Notes: generated by a model not told the origin, from the letters alone. Shown: positions 23,206 through 38,814, numbered from the stretch's first letter. The stretch: 64,000 nt of DNA from Escherichia coli (GCF_041886205.1 NZ_CP169029.1), one strand, 5' to 3'. Program-made: numbers and translations.

Positions 23206-23814
23206 ATGAAAAACAGGCTGCTGATCCTCAGCCTGCTGGTTTCTGTACCTGCCTTTGCCTGGCAGCCGCAAACCGGCGACATCATCTTTCAAATCTCTCG
23301 CTCATCGCAAAGTAAAGCGATCCAACTGGCGACCCATTCCGATTACAGCCACACCGGTATGCTGGTGATACGCAACAAAAAGCCCTACGTTTTTGAAGCG
23401 GTCGGCCCGGTGAAATACACCCCGCTCAAGCAGTGGATCGCCCATGGTGAAAAGGGCAAATACGTCGTTCGCCGCGTTGAAGGCGGACTGAGTGTTGAAC
23501 AACAGCAAAAACTGGCGCAAACGGCAAAACGTTATCTCGGTAAACCGTATGATTTCAGCTTCTCATGGAGCGACGATCGCCAGTACTGTTCGGAAGTGGT
23601 GTGGAAGGTTTACCAGAATGCGCTGGGAATGCGCGTGGGCGAACAGCAAAAGTTGAAAGAGTTCGACCTTAGTTACCCGCTGGTTCAGGCAAAGCTCAAA
23701 GAACGCTACGGCAAAAATATTCCGCTTGAGGAAACGGTGGTTTCACCACAAGCCGTTTTCGACGCGCCACAACTCACCACGGTTGCCAAAGAGTGGCCGC
23801 TGTTTTCCTGGTGA
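23206..23814 (+). CDS. yiiX: YiiX (DUF830, predicted permuted papain-like amidase), secreted
   Basis: 202-aa ORF with signal peptide MKNRLLILSLLVSVPAFA. Confidence 0.8.
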   Translation: MKNRLLILSLLVSVPAFAWQPQTGDIIFQISRSSQSKAIQLATHSDYSHTGMLVIRNKKPYVFEAVGPVKYTPLKQWIAHGEKGKYVVRRVEGGLSVEQQQKLAQTAKRYLGKPYDFSFSWSDDRQYCSEVVWKVYQNALGMRVGEQQKLKEFDLSYPLVQAKLKERYGKNIPLEETVVSPQAVFDAPQLTTVAKEWPLFSW

Positions 23815-23834
23815 TACGACCAAAATTCAGGCAC

Positions 23835-23862
23835 AAAAAAAGCGCCGTGCGGCGCTTTTTTC
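23835..23862. terminator. Bidirectional intrinsic terminator between yiiX and rpmE
   Basis: agcgcc-gtgc-ggcgct hairpin flanked by an A-run upstream and a T-run downstream. Confidence 0.6.
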
Positions 23863-23874
23863 GGAAATCCGGTC

Positions 23875-24126
<252 letters not shown>

Positions 24127-24130
24127 CTAA

Positions 24131-26488
<2,358 letters not shown>

Positions 26489-26643
26489 ACCGCTCACGAT
26501 GCGAGGCGGATCGAAAAATTCAATATTCATCACACTTTTCATGAAAATTCTGTAACCGTTTTCACGCGCTATCTGCTAAAAATGTTGCCGATGTGAAGTA
26601 AACATGGATGTAGTACGCCTGACGTGCCAGGCGAGGAGTGAGT

Positions 26644-27669
26644 GTGAAAGCGAAGAAGCAGGAAACTGCCGCGACCATGAAAGACGTTGCCCTCAAGGCA
26701 AAAGTCTCTACAGCGACCGTCTCCCGAGCATTAATGAATCCCGATAAAGTCTCCCAGGCCACCCGTAATCGGGTTGAAAAAGCGGCCCGGGAAGTGGGTT
26801 ATTTACCGCAGCCTATGGGGCGCAACGTCAAGCGTAATGAATCCCGCACCATTCTGGTGATTGTCCCGGATATCTGCGATCCCTTCTTTAGCGAAATTAT
26901 TCGCGGTATCGAAGTTACGGCGGCAAATCACGGATATCTGGTGCTGATTGGCGACTGTGCGCATCAAAATCAGCAGGAAAAAACCTTTATCGATTTGATC
27001 ATCACCAAGCAAATTGATGGCATGTTGCTGCTGGGTTCAAGGCTGCCGTTTGATGCCAGCATTGAGGAACAGCGTAATCTGCCGCCGATGGTGATGGCGA
27101 ACGAATTTGCACCGGAACTGGAGCTGCCTACCGTTCATATCGACAATCTAACCGCCGCATTTGATGCAGTAAATTATCTATATGAGCAAGGGCATAAACG
27201 GATTGGCTGTATAGCCGGTCCCGAAGAGATGCCGCTGTGTCACTACCGCCTGCAAGGTTACGTTCAGGCGCTGCGTCGCTGCGGCATTATGGTTGATCCG
27301 CAATACATCGCCCGTGGCGACTTCACCTTCGAAGCCGGAAGCAGAGCAATGCAGCAGCTACTTGATCTTCCACAACCGCCTACTGCTGTCTTCTGCCATA
27401 GCGATGTGATGGCGCTCGGCGCACTTTCTCAGGCAAAACGTCAGGGGCTGAAAGTCCCGGAAGACCTTTCCATAATCGGTTTTGATAACATTGACCTGAC
27501 GCAATTTTGTGATCCGCCGCTGACAACCATCGCGCAGCCACGTTACGAAATCGGTCGGGAAGCTATGCTGTTATTGCTTGATCAAATGCAGGGGCAACAC
27601 GTTGGCAGTGGCTCTCGTTTAATGGACTGCGAACTTATCATCCGGGGATCAACACGCGCGTTACCTTAA
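26644..27669 (+). CDS. cytR: LacI-family repressor CytR
   Basis: ORF-track entry 26638..27669; start placed at GTG 26644 (GAGGAG 5 nt upstream) giving MKAKKQETAATMKDVALKAKVSTATVSRAL (341 aa). Confidence 0.9.
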   Translation: MKAKKQETAATMKDVALKAKVSTATVSRALMNPDKVSQATRNRVEKAAREVGYLPQPMGRNVKRNESRTILVIVPDICDPFFSEIIRGIEVTAANHGYLVLIGDCAHQNQQEKTFIDLIITKQIDGMLLLGSRLPFDASIEEQRNLPPMVMANEFAPELELPTVHIDNLTAAFDAVNYLYEQGHKRIGCIAGPEEMPLCHYRLQGYVQALRRCGIMVDPQYIARGDFTFEAGSRAMQQLLDLPQPPTAVFCHSDVMALGALSQAKRQGLKVPEDLSIIGFDNIDLTQFCDPPLTTIAQPRYEIGREAMLLLLDQMQGQHVGSGSRLMDCELIIRGSTRALP

Positions 27670-27760
27670 AGTAAACCTTTAAGACTGCCGTGACTGGTCA
27701 AAGGCCCGCCGCTTAAGTAACATGGCGGGCTGACGAACGAATAAATACAGCGAAACGATA

Positions 27761-28720
27761 GTGGCACAACGAGATTATGTACGCCGCAGCCAACCGGCAC
27801 CTTCGCGGCGAAAAAAGAGCACCTCACGGAAAAAGCAACGAAATCTGCCTGCGGTTTCTCCCGCTATGGTCGCTATTGCTGCCGCCGTTCTTGTGACCTT
27901 TATCGGTGGTCTGTACTTCATTACGCATCACAAGAAAGAAGAGTCCGAGACGCTGCAAAGCCAGAAAGTGACCGGAAACGGACTACCACCAAAACCAGAA
28001 GAACGCTGGCGCTACATTAAAGAGCTGGAAAGTCGCCAGCCGGGTGTGCGTGCGCCCACAGAACCTTCTGCCGGTGGTGAAGTGAAAACGCCGGAGCAAC
28101 TGACACCAGAACAACGTCAGCTTCTTGAACAAATGCAGGCTGATATGCGCCAGCAGCCAACGCAGCTGGTTGAAGTTCCGTGGAATGAACAGACGCCGGA
28201 ACAGCGTCAGCAAACGCTACAGCGCCAACGTCAGGCGCAGCAATTAGCGGAACAGCAACGCCTGGCTCAGCAGTCGCGTACGGCTGAACAAAGCTGGCAG
28301 CAGCAGACGCGTACGTCGCAAGCCGCGCCGGTACAGGCGCAACCGCGCCAGTCTAAACCGGCTTCTACTCAGCAGCCGTACCAGGATCTGCTGCAAACTC
28401 CTGCGCACACGACTGCGCAGTCGAAGCCGCAGCAAGCTGCGCCAGTTGCTCGTGCCGCTGACGCGCCAAAACCGACGGCGGAGAAAAAAGACGAACGCCG
28501 CTGGATGGTGCAGTGCGGTTCGTTCAGAGGCGCGGAACAGGCAGAGACGGTACGTGCTCAGCTGGCGTTCGAAGGCTTTGACTCGAAAATCACCACCAAC
28601 AATGGCTGGAATCGTGTGGTCATTGGCCCGGTGAAAGGCAAAGAGAACGCAGACAGCACCCTCAATCGGTTGAAGATGGCGGGTCATACAAACTGCATTC
28701 GGCTCGCCGCCAGGGGTTGA
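27761..28720 (+). CDS. ftsN: Cell division protein FtsN (SPOR domain)
   Basis: 319-aa ORF MAQRDYVRRSQPAPSRRKKSTSRKKQRNLP; Q-rich linker, C-terminal SPOR. Confidence 0.9.
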   Translation: MAQRDYVRRSQPAPSRRKKSTSRKKQRNLPAVSPAMVAIAAAVLVTFIGGLYFITHHKKEESETLQSQKVTGNGLPPKPEERWRYIKELESRQPGVRAPTEPSAGGEVKTPEQLTPEQRQLLEQMQADMRQQPTQLVEVPWNEQTPEQRQQTLQRQRQAQQLAEQQRLAQQSRTAEQSWQQQTRTSQAAPVQAQPRQSKPASTQQPYQDLLQTPAHTTAQSKPQQAAPVARAADAPKPTAEKKDERRWMVQCGSFRGAEQAETVRAQLAFEGFDSKITTNNGWNRVVIGPVKGKENADSTLNRLKMAGHTNCIRLAARG

Positions 28721-28744
28721 AACCCTCAAAATCCCCCCCATCTA
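28717..28744 (+). promoter_or_regulatory. Sigma-32-type heat-shock promoter of hslVU
   Basis: TTGAAA (28717-28722), 13-nt spacer, CCCCATCTA (28736-28744); followed by a 5'-UTR hairpin ccccgtac-tttt-gtacgggg at 28758-28777. Confidence 0.65.
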
Positions 28745-28812
28745 TAATTGCATTATGCCCCGTACTTTTGTACGGGGTTTGTACTCTGTATTCGTAACCA
28801 AGGGGTCAGCTC

Positions 28813-29343
28813 GTGACAACTATAGTAAGCGTACGCCGTAACGGCCATGTGGTCATCGCTGGTGATGGTCAGGCCACGTTGGGCAATACCGTAATGAAAG
28901 GCAACGTGAAAAAGGTCCGCCGTCTGTACAACGACAAAGTCATCGCGGGCTTTGCGGGCGGTACTGCGGATGCTTTTACGCTGTTCGAACTGTTTGAACG
29001 TAAACTGGAAATGCATCAGGGCCATCTGGTCAAAGCCGCCGTTGAGCTGGCAAAAGACTGGCGTACCGATCGCATGCTGCGCAAACTTGAAGCACTGCTG
29101 GCAGTCGCGGATGAAACTGCATCGCTTATCATCACCGGTAACGGTGACGTGGTGCAGCCAGAAAACGATCTTATTGCTATCGGCTCCGGCGGCCCTTACG
29201 CCCAGGCTGCGGCGCGCGCGCTGTTAGAAAACACTGAACTTAGCGCCCGTGAAATTGCTGAAAAGGCGTTGGATATTGCAGGCGACATTTGCATCTATAC
29301 CAACCATTTCCACACCATCGAAGAATTAAGCTACAAAGCGTAA
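28813..29343 (+). CDS. hslV: ATP-dependent protease subunit HslV
   Basis: 176-aa [34 protein letters not shown]. Confidence 0.95.
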
Positions 29344-29352
29344 GGATCTCCC

Positions 29353-30684
29353 ATGTCTGAAATGACCCCACGCGAAATCGTTAGCGAACTGGATAAGCAC
29401 ATCATCGGCCAGGACAACGCCAAGCGTTCTGTGGCGATTGCTCTGCGTAACCGCTGGCGTCGCATGCAGCTCAACGAAGAGCTGCGCCATGAAGTGACCC
29501 CGAAAAATATCCTGATGATCGGCCCGACCGGTGTCGGTAAAACTGAAATCGCCCGTCGTCTGGCGAAGCTGGCAAACGCACCGTTCATCAAAGTTGAAGC
29601 CACCAAATTCACTGAAGTCGGTTATGTTGGTAAGGAAGTGGATTCTATTATCCGCGATCTGACCGATGCCGCCGTGAAAATGGTACGCGTCCAGGCTATC
29701 GAGAAAAACCGTTATCGCGCTGAAGAACTGGCAGAAGAACGTATTCTCGACGTGCTGATCCCACCTGCTAAAAACAACTGGGGACAGACCGAACAGCAGC
29801 AGGAACCGTCCGCTGCTCGTCAGGCATTCCGCAAAAAACTGCGTGAAGGCCAGCTTGATGACAAAGAAATCGAGATCGATCTTGCCGCAGCACCGATGGG
29901 CGTTGAAATTATGGCTCCTCCGGGCATGGAAGAGATGACCAGCCAGCTGCAGTCCATGTTCCAGAACCTGGGCGGCCAGAAGCAAAAAGCGCGTAAGCTG
30001 AAAATCAAAGACGCCATGAAGCTGCTGATTGAAGAAGAAGCGGCGAAACTGGTGAACCCGGAAGAGCTGAAGCAAGACGCTATCGACGCTGTTGAGCAGC
30101 ACGGGATCGTGTTTATCGACGAAATCGACAAAATCTGTAAGCGCGGCGAGTCTTCCGGTCCGGATGTTTCTCGTGAAGGCGTTCAGCGTGACCTGCTGCC
30201 GCTGGTAGAAGGTTGCACCGTTTCCACCAAACACGGGATGGTCAAAACTGACCACATTCTGTTTATCGCTTCTGGCGCGTTCCAGATTGCGAAACCGTCT
30301 GACCTGATCCCGGAACTGCAAGGTCGTCTGCCAATCCGCGTTGAACTGCAGGCGCTGACCACCAGCGACTTCGAGCGTATTCTGACCGAGCCGAATGCCT
30401 CTATCACCGTGCAGTACAAAGCACTGATGGCGACTGAAGGCGTAAATATCGAGTTTACCGACTCCGGTATTAAACGCATCGCGGAAGCGGCATGGCAGGT
30501 GAACGAATCTACCGAAAACATCGGTGCTCGTCGTTTACACACTGTTCTGGAGCGTTTAATGGAAGAGATTTCCTACGACGCCAGCGATTTAAGCGGTCAA
30601 AATATCACTATTGACGCAGATTATGTGAGCAAACATCTGGATGCGTTGGTGGCAGATGAAGATCTGAGCCGTTTTATCCTATAA
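29353..30684 (+). CDS. hslU: ATP-dependent protease ATPase subunit HslU
   Basis: 443-aa ORF with Walker [16 protein letters not shown]. Confidence 0.95.
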
Positions 30685-30708
30685 TCGCGTTCAATCATTT
30701 TCATCATT

Positions 30709-30734
30709 GTTTGATGGGGCTGAAAGGCCCCATT
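30709..30734 (+). terminator. Intrinsic terminator after hslU
   Basis: tggggc-tgaaag-gcccca hairpin followed by ttttta. Confidence 0.6.
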
Positions 30735-30750
30735 TTTATTGGCGCGTATT

Positions 30751-31677
30751 ATGACTGAACAACAAATTAGCCGAACTCAGGCGTGGCTGGAAAGTTTACG
30801 ACCTAAAACCCTCCCCCTCGCCTTTGCTGCAATTATCGTCGGGACAGCGCTGGCATGGTGGCAAGGTCACTTCGATCCGCTGGTCGCCCTGCTGGCACTA
30901 ATTACCGCCGGGCTATTACAGATCCTTTCTAACCTCGCCAATGATTACGGCGATGCGGTAAAAGGCAGCGATAAACCTGACCGCATTGGGCCGCTACGCG
31001 GCATGCAAAAAGGGGTCATTACCCAGCAAGAGATGAAACGGGCGCTCATTATTACCGTCGTGCTCATCTGTCTCTCCGGGCTGGCACTGGTTGCAGTGGC
31101 ATGCCATACGCTGGCCGATTTTGTCGGTTTCCTGATTCTTGGCGGGTTGTCGATCATTGCCGCTATCACCTACACCGTGGGCAATCGTCCTTATGGTTAT
31201 ATCGGTCTGGGTGATATTTCCGTACTGGTTTTCTTTGGCTGGTTGAGTGTCATGGGGAGCTGGTATTTACAGGCTCATACATTGATTCCGGCACTGATCC
31301 TTCCGGCGACCGCATGCGGCCTGCTGGCAACGGCAGTACTGAATATTAATAACCTGCGTGATATCAATAGCGACCGCGAAAATGGCAAAAACACGCTGGT
31401 GGTGCGCTTAGGTGAAGTGAACGCGCGTCGTTATCATGCCTGCCTGCTGATGGGCTCGCTGGTGTGTCTGGCGCTGTTTAATCTCTTTTCGCTGCATAGC
31501 CTGTGGGGCTGGCTGTTCCTGCTGGCGGCACCATTACTGGTGAAGCAAGCCCGTTATGTGATGCGGGAAATGGACCCGGTGGCGATGCGACCAATGCTGG
31601 AACGTACTGTCAAGGGAGCGTTACTGACTAACCTGCTGTTTGTTTTAGGGATATTCCTAAGCCAGTGGGCAGCATAA
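30751..31677 (+). CDS. menA: 1,4-dihydroxy-2-naphthoate octaprenyltransferase
   Basis: ORF-track entry 30739..31677 trimmed in frame to MTEQQISRTQAWLESLRPKT; UbiA-family polytopic membrane protein. Confidence 0.9.
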   Translation: MTEQQISRTQAWLESLRPKTLPLAFAAIIVGTALAWWQGHFDPLVALLALITAGLLQILSNLANDYGDAVKGSDKPDRIGPLRGMQKGVITQQEMKRALIITVVLICLSGLALVAVACHTLADFVGFLILGGLSIIAAITYTVGNRPYGYIGLGDISVLVFFGWLSVMGSWYLQAHTLIPALILPATACGLLATAVLNINNLRDINSDRENGKNTLVVRLGEVNARRYHACLLMGSLVCLALFNLFSLHSLWGWLFLLAAPLLVKQARYVMREMDPVAMRPMLERTVKGALLTNLLFVLGIFLSQWAA

Positions 31678-31769
31678 CTGACAAATATCAATTAACAATT
31701 GATGATTTTGCCAACAGCCCACATAGCGCGATATACTGAAAATTCTCGCAGCAACTGAATGTTAAGCCT

Positions 31770-32255
31770 ATGAAATACGATACTTCCGAGCTTTGTGACA
31801 TCTATCAAGAAGATGTTAACGTCGTGGAACCGCTGTTCTCCAACTTTGGCGGACGGGCGTCGTTTGGCGGACAAATAATCACGGTAAAATGTTTCGAGGA
31901 CAACGGGTTGCTGTACGATCTGCTCGAACAGAATGGCCGTGGTCGTGTTCTTGTCGTCGATGGCGGTGGTTCTGTTCGTCGCGCACTGGTCGATGCTGAA
32001 CTGGCGCGTCTGGCAGTACAAAATGAATGGGAAGGTCTGGTCATTTACGGCGCGGTGCGTCAGGTAGATGACCTGGAAGAGTTGGATATCGGCATCCAGG
32101 CGATGGCGGCAATTCCGGTTGGTGCCGCTGGCGAAAGCATTGGCGAAAGCGATGTCCGCGTCAACTTTGGCGGTGTCACTTTCTTCTCTGGCGACCATCT
32201 CTATGCCGACAATACCGGGATTATTCTTTCTGAAGATCCGTTGGATATTGAATAA
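31770..32255 (+). CDS. rraA: Regulator of RNase E activity A
   Basis: 161-aa [38 protein letters not shown]. Confidence 0.9.
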   Translation: MKYDTSELCDIYQEDVNVVEPLFSNFGGRASFGGQIITVKCFEDNGLLYDLLEQNGRGRVLVVDGGGSVRRALVDAELARLAVQNEWEGLVIYGAVRQVDDLEELDIGIQAMAAIPVGAAGESIGESDVRVNFGGVTFFSGDHLYADNTGIILSEDPLDIE

Positions 32256-32272
32256 GTATCTGCCATGCGTTA

Positions 32273-32300
32273 AAAGGGGAATTAAATTCCCCTTTTTTAT
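32273..32300 (+). terminator. Intrinsic terminator after rraA
   Basis: aaagggga-attaaat-tccccttt hairpin followed by a T-run. Confidence 0.6.
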
Positions 32301-32302
32301 AC

Positions 32303-32989
32303 ATGGACGTATTCATGCAGAATATTATTCTTTTATTTATATATTTATTGCTTATAGCCGTTAACCATTTCCGCTACAAATTTCTTTTATCTGGCAACGC
32401 GGGTGAAATGATTTTATATTTTGCTAACGTATTTTTTAACCCCCTTGCCTTATCATTTATTATCGCCACAATCATCTGTATAACGATAAAAAAAAGAAGC
32501 AGCCGCAGCTTTATTCGCGGCACTTGTTGGTTAATGGGATTATTTCTTATCTATAGCAGCTATATGGTGTGGGAACGACACAGCACATGGGATTATACTT
32601 TCCCGGGGCCAGGTATCACCGTCACGGTTCCGAGCAAACAGTGGGTTGCCAATATAGTAAAACAAGGACCAACCCTGGTGACTCGGGATGCCCATGCTAT
32701 TTTAGCTATTGTTGCCTTCTCACAAAATGAAGTCGGTGTGCATTCAATCGAGGAACTTACCGCGACTCAAAACGGAACTGCAGAAATGCATGTTTGTGAT
32801 GTTCAGGGATTTGCCTGCGCTTATCAGGAAGGAGTGCAAACAATGAGTGATGGCAAAGTAAGACATGCTATTTTCATGACTCTACTGGATAACACTAATT
32901 TGATACAACTGGTCGCAGCCATCGACCCAGATTATTTGGACGAATATCAAGAAGAAGTAATGAAAATGATGCTTTCTGCCCGTCCATGA
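32303..32989 (+). CDS. Hypothetical membrane-anchored protein, paralog A of a tandem pair
   Basis: 228-aa ORF in an AT-rich segment; hydrophobic N-terminal helices then a ~150-aa soluble domain; start may be the second ATG at 32315. Confidence 0.6.
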   Translation: MDVFMQNIILLFIYLLLIAVNHFRYKFLLSGNAGEMILYFANVFFNPLALSFIIATIICITIKKRSSRSFIRGTCWLMGLFLIYSSYMVWERHSTWDYTFPGPGITVTVPSKQWVANIVKQGPTLVTRDAHAILAIVAFSQNEVGVHSIEELTATQNGTAEMHVCDVQGFACAYQEGVQTMSDGKVRHAIFMTLLDNTNLIQLVAAIDPDYLDEYQEEVMKMMLSARP

Positions 32990-33021
32990 TCTGATGTGCA
33001 TGTTAATAATAAGGGATTGAT

Positions 33022-33738
33022 ATGAGATACGTTATCTTATTAATACTATGGATAATAACTGCTTTTCTTAGTCATCTTCAGCACAGCAACCTACTGTCTG
33101 GAGATCCTGGCATGGTTGGCGAGTATATCGGTTCAGTATTTCTGGGGCCGTTATTACTTCCCGTGCTTGTGTCAGGTATTCTGTGTGCATTCGCTAAAAA
33201 AACGCGTAACTTCGCCAGTTTTACTCGCGGGTGCTGCTGGGTATTGGGAGTCCTGCTTTTATCCAACGTCGGCAATACGTTTCGTATGTTCACCCCGTGG
33301 CACTATACGTTTGAGAAGGCAGCTATTTCCGTGACTATCCCAAACCGACACTGGAATACGGTTTCCATTCGTACAGATAAAACCATTGATATAAGAAGTG
33401 AAGATAATAGCGTCTTTATTTCTGCTTTCCGCCTGCCCGCAGGACGTAGCGCCGATGACTCGCTGGAAGAGTTAAAGAAGATGCAGCGAGACAATCTCAA
33501 GGATCAATACAATGAAGAAACCTTCCAGTTTCATGATTGTAATGCCAAACATTTCACCTGTAAGTATCAGGATGTGTTGATAAATTTTGATGGTCAGCAG
33601 AAAAGAACCATCAGTGTTTATCTTGAAGACACCCCCAGGGCTGTGGGGATCATTGCATTAATGGAGCCAGATACGGCAGATGAATATCGCCTACAGGCGA
33701 TGGAGATTATGTTGTCTGCTAAAAATGCAGCTAAGTAA
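33022..33738 (+). CDS. Hypothetical membrane-anchored protein, paralog B of a tandem pair
   Basis: 238-aa ORF with AAGGGA 6 nt upstream of the ATG; shares motifs with paralog A (LLSG, RGxCW, W-YTF, SVTIP, DEY---MLSA). Confidence 0.6.
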   Translation: MRYVILLILWIITAFLSHLQHSNLLSGDPGMVGEYIGSVFLGPLLLPVLVSGILCAFAKKTRNFASFTRGCCWVLGVLLLSNVGNTFRMFTPWHYTFEKAAISVTIPNRHWNTVSIRTDKTIDIRSEDNSVFISAFRLPAGRSADDSLEELKKMQRDNLKDQYNEETFQFHDCNAKHFTCKYQDVLINFDGQQKRTISVYLEDTPRAVGIIALMEPDTADEYRLQAMEIMLSAKNAAK

Positions 33739-33744
33739 AAAATA

Positions 33745-33762
33745 AGGCGCCTTGCGGCGCCT
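33745..33762. terminator. Hairpin between paralog B and convergent zapB
   Basis: aggcgcc-ttgc-ggcgcct, preceded by an A-run (T-run on the zapB strand). Confidence 0.55.
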
Positions 33763-33776
33763 CTGCATGGAAGAGA

Positions 33777-34070
<294 letters not shown>

Positions 34071-34327
34071 TTACCGGTGACGCCTTAATAAATACGAGCG
34101 CACTTTAGTTAGCTCCGATTGTATGAAGCCGCGCCATCGCTGTCCAGCGGCACGCCTTGCAGATTACGGTTTGCCACACTTTTCATCCTTCTCCTGGTGA
34201 CATAATCCACACCAATCGAAAATGTTAATAAATTTGTTGCGCGAATGATCTAACAAACATGCATCATGTACAATCAGATGGAATAAATGGCGCGATAACG
34301 CTCATTTTATGACGAAGCACACACATT

Positions 34328-34370
34328 TTAAGTTCGATATTTCTCGTTTTTGCTCGTTAACGATAAGTTA
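34328..34370 (+). promoter_or_regulatory. Putative GlpR operator repeats in the glpFKX promoter
   Basis: aagttcgatatttctcgtttttgctcgttaacgataag: repeated TTCGAT / CGTTAACGA half-sites, consistent with my recollection of GlpR operators; not mapped here. Confidence 0.4.
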
Positions 34371-34445
34371 CAGCATGCCTACAAGCATCGTGGAGGTCCG
34401 TGACTTTCACGCATACAACAAACATTAACTCTTCAGGATCCGATT

Positions 34446-36822
<2,377 letters not shown>

Positions 36823-36956
36823 TGTAAATGCCGAATGAAGCGTTTATGCCGCATCCGGTAGTCCCGAAACGTGCGGGGGCAACCCCGCACACATCAATAA
36901 TCCCTCCCTTCCCCTGTGCTACACTTCGCGCCATTCCTTACTGCTTAGAGTTTGCT

Positions 36957-37967
36957 ATGAGACGAGAACTTGCCATCGAATTTTCCCGCGTCACCGAATC
37001 AGCGGCGCTGGCTGGCTACAAATGGTTAGGACGCGGCGATAAAAACACCGCGGACGGCGCGGCGGTAAACGCCATGCGTATTATGCTCAACCAGGTCAAC
37101 ATTGACGGCACCATCGTCATTGGTGAAGGTGAAATCGACGAAGCACCGATGCTCTACATTGGTGAAAAAGTCGGTACTGGTCGCGGCGACGCGGTAGATA
37201 TTGCTGTTGATCCGATTGAAGGCACGCGCATGACGGCGATGGGCCAGGCTAACGCGCTGGCGGTGCTGGCAGTAGGCGATAAAGGCTGCTTCCTCAATGC
37301 GCCGGATATGTATATGGAGAAGCTGATTGTCGGGCCGGGAGCCAAAGGCACCATTGATCTGAACCTGCCGCTGGCGGATAACCTGCGCAATGTAGCGGCG
37401 GCGCTCGGCAAACCGTTGAGCGAACTGACGGTAACGATTCTGGCTAAACCACGCCACGATGCCGTTATCGCTGAAATGCAGCAACTCGGCGTACGCGTAT
37501 TTGCTATTCCGGACGGCGACGTTGCGGCCTCAATTCTCACCTGTATGCCAGACAGCGAAGTTGACGTGCTGTACGGTATTGGTGGCGCGCCGGAAGGCGT
37601 AGTTTCTGCGGCGGTGATCCGCGCATTAGATGGCGACATGAACGGTCGTCTGCTGGCGCGTCATGACGTCAAAGGCGACAACGAAGAGAATCGTCGCATT
37701 GGCGAGCAGGAGCTGGCACGCTGCAAAGCGATGGGCATCGAAGCCGGTAAAGTATTGCGCCTGGGCGATATGGCGCGCAGCGATAACGTCATCTTCTCTG
37801 CCACCGGTATTACCAAAGGCGATCTGCTGGAAGGCATTAGCCGCAAAGGCAATATCGCGACTACCGAAACGCTGCTGATCCGCGGCAAGTCACGCACCAT
37901 TCGCCGCATTCAGTCCATCCACTATCTGGATCGCAAAGACCCGGAAATGCAGGTGCACATCCTCTGA
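36957..37967 (+). CDS. glpX: Fructose-1,6-bisphosphatase class II
   Basis: ORF-track entry 36828..37967 trimmed to MRRELAIEFSRVTESAALAGYKWLGRGDK (336 aa). Confidence 0.9.
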   Translation: MRRELAIEFSRVTESAALAGYKWLGRGDKNTADGAAVNAMRIMLNQVNIDGTIVIGEGEIDEAPMLYIGEKVGTGRGDAVDIAVDPIEGTRMTAMGQANALAVLAVGDKGCFLNAPDMYMEKLIVGPGAKGTIDLNLPLADNLRNVAAALGKPLSELTVTILAKPRHDAVIAEMQQLGVRVFAIPDGDVAASILTCMPDSEVDVLYGIGGAPEGVVSAAVIRALDGDMNGRLLARHDVKGDNEENRRIGEQELARCKAMGIEAGKVLRLGDMARSDNVIFSATGITKGDLLEGISRKGNIATTETLLIRGKSRTIRRIQSIHYLDRKDPEMQVHIL

Positions 37968-37989
37968 TTGATTTGATCGATTGAGCCTT

Positions 37990-38016
37990 CCAGTCCTTCG
38001 GGACTGGAATTTTTTT
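37990..38016 (+). terminator. Intrinsic terminator after glpX
   Basis: ccagtcc-ttcg-ggactgg hairpin followed by aattttttt. Confidence 0.65.
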
Positions 38017-38063
38017 GTTCGGAGAACGAAGATAAGGCAAGTCAATCAAAACAGGAGAAAAAC

Positions 38064-38810
38064 ATGGCTGATTGGGTAACAGGCAAAGTCACTAAAGTGC
38101 AGAACTGGACCGACGCCCTGTTTAGTCTCACCGTTCACGCCCCCGTGCTTCCGTTTACCGCCGGGCAATTTACCAAGCTTGGCCTTGAAATCGACGGCGA
38201 ACGCGTCCAGCGCGCCTACTCCTATGTAAACTCGCCCGATAATCCCGATCTGGAGTTTTACCTGGTCACCGTCCCCGATGGCAAATTAAGCCCACGACTG
38301 GCGGCACTGAAACCAGGCGATGAAGTGCAGGTGGTTAGCGAAGCAGCTGGCTTCTTTGTTCTGGATGAAGTACCAGATTGCGAAACGCTATGGATGCTGG
38401 CAACCGGTACAGCGATTGGCCCTTATTTATCGATTCTGCAACTAGGCAAAGATTTAGATCGCTTCAAAAATCTGGTCCTGGTTCACGCCGCACGTTATGC
38501 CGCCGACTTAAGCTATTTGCCACTGATGCAAGAACTGGAAACACGCTACGAAGGGAAACTGCGCATTCAGACGGTGGTCAGTCGGGAAACGGCAGCGGGG
38601 TCGCTCACCGGACGGATACCGGCATTAATTGAAAGTGGGGAACTGGAAAGCGCGATTGGCCTGCCGATGAATAAAGAAACCAGCCATGTGATGCTGTGCG
38701 GCAATCCACAGATGGTGCGCGATACACAACAGTTGCTGAAAGAGACCCGGCAGATGACGAAACATTTACGTCGCCGACCGGGCCATATGACAGCGGAGCA
38801 TTACTGGTAA
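38064..38810 (+). CDS. fpr: Ferredoxin/flavodoxin-NADP+ reductase
   Basis: 248-aa ORF MADWVTGKVTKVQNWTDALFSLTVHAPVLPFTAGQF. Confidence 0.9.
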   Translation: MADWVTGKVTKVQNWTDALFSLTVHAPVLPFTAGQFTKLGLEIDGERVQRAYSYVNSPDNPDLEFYLVTVPDGKLSPRLAALKPGDEVQVVSEAAGFFVLDEVPDCETLWMLATGTAIGPYLSILQLGKDLDRFKNLVLVHAARYAADLSYLPLMQELETRYEGKLRIQTVVSRETAAGSLTGRIPALIESGELESAIGLPMNKETSHVMLCGNPQMVRDTQQLLKETRQMTKHLRRRPGHMTAEHYW

Positions 38811-38814
38811 GCGG

